Positions 1 to 13,172 are shown, counted from the stretch's first letter. The stretch: DNA of 64,000 nt from Eledone cirrhosa (GCA_964016885.1 OZ024759.1:30380001-30444000), one strand, 5' to 3'. Program-made: numbers and translations. The notes: a model not told the origin generated them from the letters alone.

Positions 1-151
1 TAGTCCCTGCATTAGCTGAAAAACTGCGTTTTTTAAGCTTTTTATGGGTTTTTGAGGCGTTACATCAGACCGATTTCCTTGAAATTGTAACTATGTATTA
101 GTCAGTCTCTTCTTCATACTGTGAGCAAAGAAAATTCAACTTTTTTATGGC

Positions 152-430
152 CTATATATATACTTGCATATATTCATAGAGTACTAATTTTCCATTCTGT
201 TGTGTAGCATATTGCAGCAAAGCTATCCATTGCACTGATGTGTAGAGTAGTACCATGTCAGCTACAAATTCTAACCAATATATCCTACACCTTCTGGATT
301 TGATAGTACATCCAACCCTGCTGTGCATTTCAGTCTTGTTCATGAAGATTATGAACAGGAAAGGTGATACTCTATATCCTTGACAGGGCCTAACATATAA
401 ATCAAATGGTTTCAATTGCATACTACTGTA
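152..430 (-). mobile_element. Degenerate LINE reverse transcriptase fragment (RTE-like)
   Basis: Translation KPFDLYVRPCQGYRVSPFLFIIFM...LEFVADMVLL resembles RT motifs QG..LSP.LF and (F/Y)ADD.VL. Confidence 0.7.
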
Positions 431-689
431 GAACCTTTCACATCAAGTCCTGCAGTAAGCGGTTGTATGCCTATTAAGTGTGCACCTATTAGTAATACTC
501 CCTAGACCTCTTGAAGACCTACTCCAGTGTGAGTATTTCTTTGGCTCTTCTGCATCCCGGGCATAAAACACATTGTTTATATGTGAGCTTGCATTGAATA
601 ATATCCCTACATTTCTTTGCCTGACACTTTACTGGGCAGGCTCAACAAAGACATTTCTCTATAATTAGAGCAATTTCTCTTGTCTCCCT

Positions 690-850
690 TTGTAAAAATT
701 GGGCTTGATTGGTCACTCTCAGGGTTCATTTAGAGCCAGCCAGATCAACTGGAGACAGTTACTTCTGATAGGGCACGGAGGGGTCCTTTTGGAAAGTGTG
801 TCTAAGGACTCTCCTATATGACTCTCCCAGGAATAGGTGGGCAAAGATAA
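690..850 (+). mobile_element. LINE 3' end fragment (RTE-like family, also at 24940, 40830 and 58070)
   Basis: cagatcaactggagacagttacttctgatagggcacgg...caggaataggtgggcaaaga is shared with 40915-41020 and 58170-58260. Confidence 0.55.
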
Positions 851-1193
851 TACATACATATACATTTACTCTTTTACTTTGACCTGTTCCAGCCATCCGG
901 CTGAGGCCATGCTGTATATATACACACATGTATATATACATGTATGAATGCACACACACACATATATATATATTATCATCATCGTTTATATATACAAATA
1001 CATACACACACACACACACACATACAGACATATATATCTATATACACACATACATGCACATATATACACACATACATGCACATATATACACACATATACA
1101 TGCACTTGGCCTGGGCATCGAGTGTTCATATTGGTACCATGACCCCTTACACACTAAATCACCTACACTATATACATATATATTATATATATA

Positions 1194-1470
1194 TATGCAA
1201 AGCATAAACAAATTGAGAGAGAGACTGAGCATAAGAGGAGGTTGCATTGGTATGGACATGTGATGCGTATGAAGGATGACAGCTGCATAAAAAGGTGGAG
1301 AGTACTAAAAGGCGATGGAAGCCGCAGAGTGGGGAGACCAAAGAAGACCTGGGATGAGGTGATAAAAGCCGACCTTACCCAATTGCACATCTCAAGGGCG
1401 ATGACACACGACCATGACCTCTGGCGTCACACAGTAATACAGAAGACCCGATGTCCCACGGGTACAAGCT
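1194..1470 (+). mobile_element. RTE-clade LINE 3' fragment
   Basis: HWYGHVMRMKDDSCIKR...GSRRVGRPKKTWDEVIKADL...DHDLWR is the typical RTE ORF C-terminus. Confidence 0.85.
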
Positions 1471-1778
1471 GAAGCATATAGACAATATACCCCCAACCCC
1501 TCCCACTGCAAAGTGGTCATGGAGGTGCCATGGCAAAAAAGCACCCAGCCCACACTTTAAAGTGGACGTGTAGGCACTACGGAAAAAAAGCACCCAGCAC
1601 TCACTGTAAATGAGATTGGTGTTAGGAAGGGCATCCAGCTGTAGAAATCAAGCCAGAATCAGTTCCCTTATGAGGACTTGATACTGCCCACAACAGGACA
1701 ACACGTTTAACCCATGCTAGCGTGGAAGAATGGACGTAAAACGGTGATGATGATGATGGTGATGATGATGATGATGAT
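1460..1778 (+). mobile_element. Non-coding retroposon 3' segment ending in a (GAT)n tail (RTE-partnered SINE body or 3' UTR)
   Basis: Closely matches 7195-7528; contains ggtgttaggaagggcatccagctgtagaaa; ends ggacgtaaaacgg(tga)n. Confidence 0.7.
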
Positions 1779-1994
1779 ATATTAGGCATAAACCAAAGTT
1801 TTAGCTGTTGCACAGCAAGTACTATTCGATTTGTTTGGGGCAATCACAAAGCACTCATTGGAGCGAAAGTTAAAAAACATGACAGTTATGAAGTGAAAAC
1901 CAACGGAAGCCACTGACCTTACATATAACAGAACGACGATAGATACAGAAAAGTTTATATCCATACATATATATATATATATATATATACAGTT

Positions 1995-2208
1995 GATAGA
2001 CTTTCGTGAAATCGGACTAAGGAAACAATGTTTCTGTTGGGTTTTTTCCAATTGCTAATACTAATTATCGATTGCAACTCCAGGTAAAAGGAGCAACGTG
2101 AAATGAAATAAAGTGTCTTGCTCAAGGACATAATGCATCGCAGAGTCCAGGACCAGGAATCAAACTCACAACCTCACGATTGCGAATCTAATTCTCTTGC
2201 CACTCAGC
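1995..2208 (-). mobile_element. tRNA-derived SINE, family B
   Basis: Reverse complement of 2248-2448; shared motif ccttgagcaagacactttatttca. Confidence 0.75.
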
Positions 2209-2247
2209 ACAAATATATATATATATCAATATATATATACATATATG

Positions 2248-2443
2248 AAGGCGTGTGGCTGAATGGTTAGAGAATCTTGAGGTTGTGAGTTCGATTCATG
2301 GACTGGGCGATGCGTTATATCCTTGAGCAAGACACTTTATTTCACGTTGCTCCTTCTACCTGGAGTTGCGACTGATAGATAGTATTAGCAATTGGAATAG
2401 CCCAACAGAAACAGTTTTCCTCGGTCCGATTTGACGAAGGTCG

Positions 2444-2448
<5 letters not shown>
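2248..2448 (+). mobile_element. tRNA-derived SINE, family B
   Basis: Box A-like tggctgaatggttag, box B-like gagttcgattc, then ccttgagcaagacactttatttcacgttgctcc. Confidence 0.8.
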
Positions 2449-2496
<48 letters not shown>

Positions 2497-2540
2497 GATA
2501 GATAAATATACACGGGTCTGTATGATTGTGTATAGAAGAT

Positions 2541-2685
2541 TATATTAATAAGAGGAATTCCAACTCTGTCTGATTTACTCATTTTATTTACAATCCTTTA
2601 AAATTTATAATACCATTATAAATTTTAAAGGATTGTAAATAAAACGAATAAATCAAACAAAGTTGGAATTCCTCTTATTAATATA
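2541..2685. repeat. Fold-back palindrome, arms about 70 bp
   Basis: attaataagaggaattccaact...caatcctttaaaatttataat pairs with attataaattttaaaggattgt...agttggaattcctcttattaat. Confidence 0.9.
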
Positions 2686-2708
2686 TATATAGAGAGAGAG
2701 ATAGATGT

Positions 2709-2740
<32 letters not shown>

Positions 2741-2879
2741 TAGATGTAATATATATATATATAGAGAGAGAGATAGATGTAATATATATATATAGAGAGA
2801 GAGAGAGATAGATGTAATATAAATATATAATTATTACAAGTAGTACATCAAAGCTGAAACTGCAATAGGAAAGACACCT

Positions 2880-3022
2880 GAGTAATCTGAGTAAATTTCT
2901 ACAGCTGGATCTATGTGAAATAAAGTGTCTTACTCAAGGAAACGACACATCACCTGGTCTGAGAATTGAACTCACAACCTTCCAATTGCAAAGCCAATGC
3001 TCTAACTACTAAGCCATGTAGG
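2880..3022 (-). mobile_element. SINE family B, 5' part
   Basis: gtgaaataaagtgtcttactcaagga...gagaattgaactcacaacc...ctaactactaagccatg matches 4270-4424. Confidence 0.7.
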
Positions 3023-3269
3023 CCCTAAGCACTTGATAATGAGAGGGATGAAGTAATTCCTCCATCTGAGTGAACACATTAAGCTATATGAGGGAAGTAC
3101 CATGAATAATATATAAACTAGGTGTATGCAGCCATAGTATATAACAATAACAACAACAATAACAATAACTACAATGATTACCAAACGGTAAAAATATACA
3201 CACAGATATATATATATATATATATCATCATCATCATCATACATCCGCTTTGCCCTGCTTGCAAGGGTG

Positions 3270-3313
<44 letters not shown>

Positions 3314-3393
3314 TTACATTTACAGGGTTGGACAAATCCGCATACACAAAGTTGACCAATCCAATTCTTGTTAGTTAACAAAGCAGATGTTAA

Positions 3394-3434
<41 letters not shown>

Positions 3435-3451
3435 CTATATATATATATTTC

Positions 3452-3483
<32 letters not shown>

Positions 3484-3679
3484 GTCGCACTCTAATAACT
3501 ATGCTGTCTGATTGTTAAAGATAATATATGTTATACATGTCTGAGAGAGAGCGAGATAGGTGTGAGTGTATATGTAATTATCTATACATATATATATATA
3601 TATATGCATACACACACATATACACACCCATCTCTCTCTTTATATATATACACACACATATACGCACCCCTCTCTCTAT

Positions 3680-4424
3680 CATCACCATCATTTCATTTTA
3701 CGTCCGCTTTTTCCCTGCTTGCAAGGGTGGGACGGGAATGGATTCTGGCTTGATTTCTACAGCTGGATGCCCTTCCTAACACCAACCTCATTTACAGTGA
3801 GTGCTGGGTGCTTTTTGCCGTGGCACCTACACGACCACTTTACAGTGGAATGATAGGGACCCCAGTCCCCAGTCTCATTTGTACAGCTGGATGCCCTTCC
3901 TAACACCAACCTCATTTACAGTGTGGGCTGGGTGATTTTTGCCGTGGCACCTACACAACCACTTTACAGTGGAATGATAGGGACCCCAGTCCCCAGTCTC
4001 ATTTGTACAGCTGGATGCCCTTCCTAACACCAACCTCATTTACAGTGTGGGCTGGGTGCTTTTTGCCGTGGCACCTACACAACCACTTTACAGTGGAATG
4101 ATAGGGACCCCAGTCCCCAGTCTCATTTGTACAGCTGGATGCCCTTCCTAACACTAACCTCATTTACAGTGAGTGCTGGGTGCTTTTTGCCGTGGCGCCT
4201 ACACGACCACTTTACAGTGGAATGATAGGGACCCCAGTCCCCAGTCTCATTTCTACAGCTGAGTGAACTGAGTAAACTAAGTAAACTGAGTAAATTTCCA
4301 CAGCTGGAGTAATGTGAAATAAAGTGTCTTGCTCAAGGAAGCAACACATCGCCCAGTCTGAGAATTAAACTCACAACCTTTCGATTGCAAGGCCAATGCT
4401 CTAACCACTAAGCCATGTGCCTCC
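3680..4424 (-). mobile_element. Composite SINE: family B tRNA head, four 124-bp tandem internal units and an RTE-like tail
   Basis: agctg anchor recurs at 3761, 3885, 4009, 4133 and 4257; head at 4300-4424; tail cattttacgtccgcttttccctgcttgcaagg matches the RTE 3' end at 7973-8005. Confidence 0.75.
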
Positions 4425-4998
4425 ATATATATATTCACACACCCACACATATACACCCCCCTCTCTCTCTCTACATATATATATATATACACATATATGC
4501 ACTCCCCTCTCTCTCTCTCTATATATATATATACATACACACACACTTACATACACACATATATATACACACCCCTCTCTCCCTCTCTATATATATATAC
4601 ATACATATATACACAGCCCTCTCTCTCTATATATATATTCACACACCTATATGCACCTCTCTCTCTCTCATATATATATATATACACACACACCCCTCTC
4701 TCTATATATATACACACACATATACGCACTGCTCTCTCTGTCTTATATATATATATACACACACCCCTCTCTCTATATATATATATACACACACATATAC
4801 GCACTGTCTTATATATATATATATATTCACACATACACATATATACAGCCCTCTCTCTCTTTATATATATATATACATACACACTGACACATATAGCCCC
4901 CCCCCTCCTCTCTATATATACACACTGACACACATAACCCCCCTCTCCCTCTCCCTCTCTATATATATATACACACTCACACATATATACAGCCCTCC

Positions 4999-5039
<41 letters not shown>

Positions 5040-5164
5040 CACTGACACATATACTCCCCTCTCTCTCTATATATATATAAACACTCACACATATACCCCC
5101 TCCTCTCTCTCTATATATATATATATATTTATATATATACACACTCACACATATACACACACCC

Positions 5165-5202
<38 letters not shown>

Positions 5203-5463
5203 CAATAGCCGAAATACGATTCTCCCTAATTTATATTTATATATATATATATATATACACTCACACGCCCCTCTCTCTATATATCTATATATACATATTC
5301 ATAGTATATTTTATCTTTAACAATAACACATGAATACTTTACGCAGGTATTGACATGGTTAAATTTATTAGTTATACACACACACATAACACATAAACAT
5401 GTGTATATATATATATACATAAATATGTGTATATATATATATACACACATAAATATGTGTATT

Positions 5464-5514
<51 letters not shown>

Positions 5515-5576
5515 GGATATATATATATATACATATATATATATGTATATATATATATATATGTATATATATATAC

Positions 5577-5624
<48 letters not shown>

Positions 5625-5640
5625 GTATATATATATATAC

Positions 5641-5671
<31 letters not shown>

Positions 5672-5809
5672 CATATAAATATATATATATATATATATAC
5701 ATTATATATATATATATACATACATTATATATATATATATACATACATTATATATATATATATATACATAAATATATATATCTGTATACACATAAATATA
5801 TATATATAT

Positions 5810-5979
5810 ATACGATATTAAATAAATGGAAATTATATTTATAAAACCATATTTATTTCATTATATATATTTCAAGGATATCATATTAAAAATATGTTAT
5901 GCCTTCTTCAGACAAAATACAATATAAACAGTCTTATAAATAGATAGATTCGACATACCTTTCAACTTCGACTTGCATT

Positions 5980-5980
<1 letters not shown>
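5810..5980 (-). mobile_element. Short (TA)n-embedded element with hammerhead-like core (family H2), same subfamily as 22700-22835
   Basis: Minus strand reads gtattttgtCTGAAGAaggcataacatatt...aatatgatatccttGAAAtatatataatgaaataaatatggttttataa; core at 5870-5911. Confidence 0.65.
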
Positions 5981-6068
<88 letters not shown>

Positions 6069-6133
6069 AATATATATATATATATACACATAAATATATA
6101 TATATATATACACATAAATATATATATATATAC

Positions 6134-6203
<70 letters not shown>

Positions 6204-6354
6204 TTGCAACCAGGGAAAAGCGGATGTAAAATGATGATGATGATGATATATATATATATATATATGCCTCAGTGTATATACACATATATATTTGATTGAA
6301 ATCTGGTTTTGCAGGATTTAGGAGTGTTTGACAATAACTATATTATAATGTGCA

Positions 6355-6408
6355 ATAATGTTTGTTTCTGCCTATATATATATTTATATAGGCAGAAACA
6401 AACATTAT
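6355..6408. repeat. Palindrome with 24-bp arms
   Basis: ataatgtttgtttctgcctatata / tatataggcagaaacaaacattat. Confidence 0.9.
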
Positions 6409-6590
6409 GAATTAGCAGTATCGGTAGAGGGTTGGATGCCATGCTTTGACGCATAGAGTTACGGCCCTTGCCATTCTGAGTTCAAATCCCGCCGAGGTTA
6501 ACTTTGCCTTTCATCCTTATGGGGTCGATAAAATAAAGTACCAGTAATGTACTGGGTATTTGCTGGCATTGTGCCAAACGTAGAAACAAT
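6409..6590 (+). mobile_element. tRNA-derived SINE, family A
   Basis: Box B-like gagttcaaatcc; conserved ctttgcctttcatccttatggggtcgataaaataaagtaccag; many copies in the window. Confidence 0.85.
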
Positions 6591-6629
6591 TATATATATT
6601 ATCAAATGATTCTATGGACATACTTTATA

Positions 6630-6664
<35 letters not shown>

Positions 6665-6790
6665 TATTATAAGAAAGTTTTATATATATATGCAAGCGTG
6701 GAATATGGACGTTAAACCATGATGATGATGATGATGATGATGATGATATATACACACACACACACATATATATATATATGTATGTATATA

Positions 6791-6821
<31 letters not shown>

Positions 6822-6906
6822 TTTATACTTATATAAATAACAACACAAACGGTACAGTATATGGAAGGTACATATTAGTTTAATGCTTGGAGTAGCAGGA
6901 AGAGGG

Positions 6907-6942
6907 TCTTAACGTTTCGGACGCTAGTCCTTCATCAGAAGA
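6907..6942 (-). ncRNA. Minimal type I hammerhead ribozyme motif (Penelope-like element type, family H1)
   Basis: Minus strand UCUU CUGAUGA A GGAC UAGC GUCC GAAAC GUU AAGA: helix I UCUU/AAGA, helix II GGAC/GUCC, palindromic ACGU helix III, GUU triplet; lies in a repeat (6838-6980) also found at 40045-40180. Confidence 0.8.
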
Positions 6943-6982
6943 AAGAATGAGAAATTAGTAAGATTGAAGGGACAGGTAGGGT

Positions 6983-7035
<53 letters not shown>

Positions 7036-7194
7036 AAATTTTTACAGACACTTATACAGCTTTTGCATGTAAATAATACACATTTATGTGTTCATATATA
7101 TATATATATATATACATACACATACACTTATATAGGCACATATGCATCGATGTGCACATATGTGTATTTATATATATATATATATATATATACA

Positions 7195-7528
7195 GGGTAC
7201 CCGACCTCCCATGGGTACATGCTGAAGCATATAAACAATATGCCTCCCCCCCCCACCGCAAGGTGGTCGTGGAGGTGCCACGGCAAAAAAGCACCCAGCC
7301 CACACTGTAAAGTGGACGTGTAGGCGCCACGAAAAAGCACCCAGCACTCACTGTAAATGAGGTTGGTGTTAGGAAGGGCATCCAGCTGTAGAAATCAAGC
7401 CAGATCAGTTCCTGTATGAGCAAGGCATGGTCAGCCGACCAGACACTGCCCACAACAGGACAACCCGTCTAACCCATGCTAGCGTAGAAGAACGGACGTA
7501 AAACGGTGATGATGATGATGATGATGAT
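7195..7528 (+). mobile_element. Retroposon 3' segment with (GAT)n tail, copy of 1460-1778
   Basis: Direct sequence similarity. Confidence 0.7.
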
Positions 7529-7563
7529 ATATATATATATGTATATATATAAGTGTTTGCAAA

Positions 7564-7599
<36 letters not shown>

Positions 7600-7600
<1 letters not shown>

Positions 7601-8028
7601 GGGCAGCAACTGCATAAGATATGCGACGGTTGGAGAGAAATGAACCAAATATGCTCCTTTGGATGTGCAATGTCTATGTGCGTGAACAACCAAGCATAGA
7701 CGAGATGAGAAAGAAACTGGGTATAAGAGGGATAAGTTGTGGTGTGCAGGGGAGAAGGCTGAGGTGGTATGGACATGTGATGCGCATGGAGGATGACTGC
7801 TGGGTAAAGAAGTGCCAAGAAATACCAGTAGAAGGAAGACACAGTAGAGGTAGACCATGAAAAACATGGGCGGAGGTGATGAGAGCTGACCTCAGATTAC
7901 TGAAACTCACTGAGGAGATAACGAAGGGCCGTGACAAGTGAAGAGATGATGTGCTGAATAGGACCCGTCGAATCCTTGCAAGCAGGGAAAAGCGGATGTA
8001 AAATGATGATGATGATGATGATAATGAT
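7600..8028 (+). mobile_element. RTE-clade LINE 3' fragment with (GAT)n tail
   Basis: MRRLERNE..MLLWMCNV...RRLRWYGHVMRMEDDCWVKKC..IPVEGRHSRGRP*KTW, with an in-frame stop, then gcggatgtaaaa(tga)n. Confidence 0.88.
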
Positions 8029-8549
8029 ATATATGTGTGTGTGTGTGTATGTATGTATATATATAGTTGGTATCTATATATATATATTGAAATGTTTGTA
8101 GAGATTAATAAAATGATTTGAATTATGATCTTCGTTTTTTACCTAAATTGAAGTATATAACCCTGTGTGTGTGTGAGTGTATGTGAGTGTGTGTGAGTGT
8201 ATGTGAGTGTGTGTGCGTGTAAATGCATATTTATATATGCAAATATGTGTGCATTTTGTCAACAAGTTGTATATTGAGGCATATAATAATGTGTGTGTGT
8301 AGTATATAAATATATACATATATAGACATATACATATATATACATGGAGATACATTCATATGTATATATAATTATTTATATACACATATATGTGCACACA
8401 TACATTTATTCATATACATATATAGCACACATACATATCTGTACACACATATCTATATATGCACAGACATAGACACCCACCCACACATATCTATATATGC
8501 TTACACATAGACACCCACACACACACATACATATATACATGGACATACA

Positions 8550-8581
<32 letters not shown>

Positions 8582-8622
8582 CTTATATACACACCCATAT
8601 ATATATGTATATACATATATTC

Positions 8623-8654
<32 letters not shown>

Positions 8655-8658
8655 TATT

Positions 8659-8915
8659 ACTACCTTGATTAAATCTTAACCATTTAACATCTCAGGGTAT
8701 GTCATGTATCATTATATTTTGTCTGATGAGGACGTACTGTTGTACCTCTGAAATATGTATAATAAAATTTAATTGATCAAAAGAACACCTACTTTATTAA
8801 TATTTGTATTTTAATATTAATAAATCTGGAAAATATTTTAACTGTAGAGTGCTTCCAATCTACTGTAAAACTTATTCTTTGATGTACTCACTGAATTTTG
8901 TTTAACTCTTTAATA
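8659..8915 (+). mobile_element. Short (TA)n-embedded element with hammerhead-like core (family H2), homologous to 61928-62330
   Basis: ttttgtCTGATGAggacgtactgttgtacctctGAAAtatgtatAATAAA (core 8723-8753); near-identical to the 62 kb element. Confidence 0.7.
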
Positions 8916-8945
8916 TATACACATATTCATATATATATACATATA

Positions 8946-8984
<39 letters not shown>

Positions 8985-9124
8985 CATATTGTCATAGCAA
9001 CATTAACGACTTTAAAGACAACAATACAGATTTCAAATTTATGTATATGGTCAGCAATGTGGGTTGGGTTTGGATTAAATTGAGCCTAGTATTTGACCTC
9101 AGTGGGATTTGAACTCTGATTTAA

Positions 9125-9335
9125 CCCGTTAACATTTACATTACTCTATATATACTATTGTATTTTTGTGGTAAAGGCTTTACCTTACATAATTATCTCA
9201 AATAATATCGAATCTATGAGATTTTGATGTTATTCATTTTTAGAACAATACCTTAATATCAGTATGAGTAGCAAATTACAGCTGGTTTGAACAGAAAGAG
9301 TTGAGAGAATTATGGCCGGTTTAAATTCTAAAGGG
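9125..9335. mobile_element. piggyBac-like MITE
   Basis: TTAA on both sides (9121-9124, 9336-9339), CCC...GGG termini, imperfect TIR cccgttaacattta / taaattctaaaggg. Confidence 0.65.
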
Positions 9336-9377
9336 TTAAACTATTAATGTACGACTCTAACAACAGTAATAACAATA

Positions 9378-9510
9378 ATTGTTTCTACTTTTGGCACAAG
9401 GCCAGCAATTAGCCCAGTGTATTACTGGTACTTTAGTTTATCAACCCCCGTAAGGTTGAAAGGCAAAGCTGACCTTGGAGGGATTTGAGCTCAGAACATA
9501 AAGGGCCTAA
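9378..9510 (-). mobile_element. SINE family A, truncated
   Basis: attgtttctacttttggcacaaggccagcaat...aaggcaaagctgacc. Confidence 0.75.
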
Positions 9511-9569
9511 TAATAACAACAAAAGTAACAGTGATATAGAGTTGTTTAAATATAAGGTACTTGGTATTT

Positions 9570-11610
9570 TCATGGTGCTGGTGGTGGTGGTGGTATTGAT
9601 TGTGTTGATGGTGGTGGTAGTGGTGGTAGTAGTTATGGCGGTGTTGTCGGTGATTAGATTAGTGGTGGTTGTAGTTAGTTGTGTGGTGGTGTATTGATTG
9701 TGTTGGTGGTGGTGGTAGTGGTGGTAGTGGTTATGGCGGTGTTGTCGGTGATTGGATTAGTGGTGGTTGTAGTTGTGTGGTGGTGGTGGTTAAGGCGGTG
9801 TTGTCTATGATTGGATTAGTGGTGGTTGTAGTTGTGTGGTGGTATTGATTGTGTTGGTGGTGGTGGTAGTGGTAGTGGTGGTAGTGTTTATGGCGGTGTT
9901 GTCGGTGATTGTATTAGTGGTGGTTGTAGTTGTGTGGTGGTGGTGGTGGTTGTGGTGGTGGTTATGGCGGTGTTGTCTATGATTGGATTAGTGGTGGTTG
10001 TAGTTGTGTGGTGGTATTGATTGTGTTGGTGGTGGTGGTAGTGGTAGTGGTGGTAGTGTTTATGGCGGTGTTGTCGGTGATTGTATTAGTGGTGGTTGTA
10101 GTTGTGTGGTGGTGGTGGTGGTTGTGGTGGTGGTTATGGCGGTGTTGTCTATGATTGGATTAGTGGTGGTTGTAGTTGTGTGGTTGTTGTTGTGTGGTGG
10201 TGGTTGTAGTTGTGTGTGGTGGTGGTGGTTATGGCGGTGTTGTCTATGATTGGCTTAGTAGTGGTTGTAGTTGTGTGGTTGTTGTGTGTGGTGGTGGTGG
10301 TTGTAGTTGTGTGGTTGTTGTGTGTGGTGGTGGTGGTTATGGCGGTGGTGGTTGTAGTTGTGTGTGGTGGTGGTGGTTATGGCGGTGTTGTCTATGATTG
10401 GATAAGTGGTGGTTGTAGTTGTGTGGTGGTGGTGGTTGTAGTTGTGCGGTTGTTGTGTGTGATGGTGGTGGTGGTTGTAGTTGTGTGTGGTGGTGGTGGT
10501 TATGGCGGTGTTGTCTATGATTGGATTAGTGGTGGTTGTAGTTGTGTGGTTGTTGTGTGTGGTGGTGGTTGTAGTTGTGTGGTTGTTGTGTGTGGTGGTG
10601 GTTGTAGTTGTGTGGTTGTTGTGTGTGGTGGTGGTGGTTATGGCGGTGGTGGTTGTAGTTGTGTGTGGTGGTGGTGGTTATGGCGGTGTTGTCTATGATT
10701 GGATAAGTGGTGGTTGTAGTTGTGTGGTGGTGGTGGTTGTAGTTGTGCGGTTGTTGTGTGTGATGGTGGTGGTGGTTGTAGTTGTGTGTGGTGGTGGTGG
10801 TTATGGCGGTGTTGTCTATGATTGGATTAGTGGTGGTTGTAGTTGTGTGGTTGTTGTGTGTGGTGGTGGTTGTAGTTGTGTGGTTGTTGTGTGTGGTGGT
10901 GGTTGTAGTTGTGTGGTTGTTGTGTGTGGTGGTATTGATTGTGTTGGTGGTGGTAGTGGTGGTGGTGGTGGTTATGGTGGTAGTGTTTAGGGCGGTGTTG
11001 TCGGTGATTGGATTAGTGGTGGTTGTAGTTGTGTGGTTGTATTGATTGTGTCGGTGGTGACTGCAGTTGTGCGGCTGTATTGATGATAGTGTTGATGGTG
11101 GCTGTATTGTTGTTGTTGTTGTTGTTCATGCCAGCAGTGGTTGTGTTGTTGTTGGTGGTTGTAGTGGTGATGCTGTTGGTGGTTGTTAGTGATTGTGGGG
11201 GTGGTGGTGGTGGTGCTTGAATTGTTATTGGTGATGGTGTTGGTATTTGGTGTTGTTGGCGGTTGTGTTGGTGGTAGTGTTAGTGATGTTGGTTGTGTTG
11301 TTATTTGTGGTGATTGTGATGGTGTTGGTGTTGTTGTTGTTGATGGTTGTGATGGTGGAGGTTGTTATGTTGTTGAGATTGTTAGTGAAGGTGGTTTTGT
11401 TGTTGGTAGCGGTGTTGTTGGAGGTTGTGTTGTAGTTGGTTGAAGGTGGTTGTGATGTTGTTGGTGATGTTGTTGGTGATGATGTTGGTGATGATGATTT
11501 TGTGGTATTGATGTTGGTGAAGGTGGTTCTGTTGTGGGTGGTTGTGGTGTGGGTGGTTGTGTTATTATTGGTGGTGGTGATGATTGTGTTGATGGTGTGG
11601 TCTATGTGGT
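9570..11610. repeat. GT-rich compound minisatellite grading into (GGT/GTT)n
   Basis: Recurrent unit ggttatggcggtgttgtctatgattggattagtggtggttgtagttgtgt with variable (GGT)n. Confidence 0.9.
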
Positions 11611-13034
11611 AGTATAGGTGCTGGTTGGACAGAGTAATTTCCTGAAATAGAACATAGCAAAACAATAAATATAATAAATATATATATATTATATATATAT
11701 ATATATACATATCTACACATACATTCATATCTAAATACATACACACATACATACATATAAATACACACACACACATACATAGATGCCTACACACATACAT
11801 ATACATATCTACATGCATGCATGCACACATACATACATATAAATACACACACACACATACATAGATGCCTACACACATACATATACATATCTCCATGCAT
11901 GCATGCACATATAAATACACACACATACATAGATGCCTACATACATATACATATCTCCATGCATGCATGCACACATACATAGATGGCTACATGCATACAT
12001 ATACATATCTACATGCACACATACATACATATAAATACACACACAAACATACATAGATACCTACATATATACATATCTACATGCATGCATGCACACATAC
12101 ATACATGTAAATACACACACACACACATACATAGATGCCTACACACATACATATATATATCTACATGCACACATACATACATATAAATACACATACACAC
12201 ATACATATACATATCTACATGCATGCATGCACACATACATACATATCTATATATACACACACATCTACCTACCTACATATACAGACACATAGCTACATAC
12301 ATACCTACAAATGTATACATACATACACTCACACACTTACCTACACACACATACATACATAGATGCCTACATGCATGCATGCACACACATACCCATACCT
12401 GCATACACATACACACCTACATACATATGTATACATACTTACACATAACTACATACATACATACATACAGACCTATGTACATACATACACACACACACCC
12501 TTATCTACATACACACACATTTACCTTCCTACATACACACACATTTACCTTCCTACATACATACACACATACCTACACACCTACATACATATATACACAC
12601 ATATATATATATACATATATACAATATACATTGCACACACATATATATATATACATATATACAATATACATACATACATATATACACACAACATTTGTGA
12701 AATTATAAAACCAGAACATACATATATACATTCACACCTACATACATACATATATACATACATATATACATATATACACACCTACATACATATATACATT
12801 CATACACACATACCTACCTACCTACATACATATATATATATATATATATACACATATAAAAATACATGTATACATACCGACATACACACATACCTACCTA
12901 CATAGATGCATACATATATACATACATACATACATATAAACAGACATGTATACATACCTACATACATACATGCATACATATAAACATACATATATGCACA
13001 TACATACATACATACATACATACATACATACATA

Positions 13035-13172
13035 CAGACCAAGGTTAACGTATGTTGATGCCCTAAGGACAGACACTGGTCTGTTGGAGACGCAGGACAT
13101 GGCAGCAATAATGAGGGACAGAGACCGCTGGAGAGAACTCGTCCATGGATCTCGGGAATTTTACCCGCCCTA
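13035..13172 (+). mobile_element. RTE/RTEX-like LINE extreme 3' fragment within a (TACA)n tract
   Basis: RPRLTYVDALRTDTGL..QDMAAIMRDRDRWRELV resembles the RTE-group C-terminal RP..T(W/Y).D...DR..WR motif. Confidence 0.65.

Noticed and set aside
4415-6299. YI, HT and VC dipeptide ORFs here and throughout the window
   Set aside because: Translations of (TA)n and (CA)n tracts.
9832-11045. Gly/Cys/Val-rich, keratin-associated-like ORFs
   Set aside because: The same unit is read in shifting frames with frequent stops; a GT-rich minisatellite explains it.
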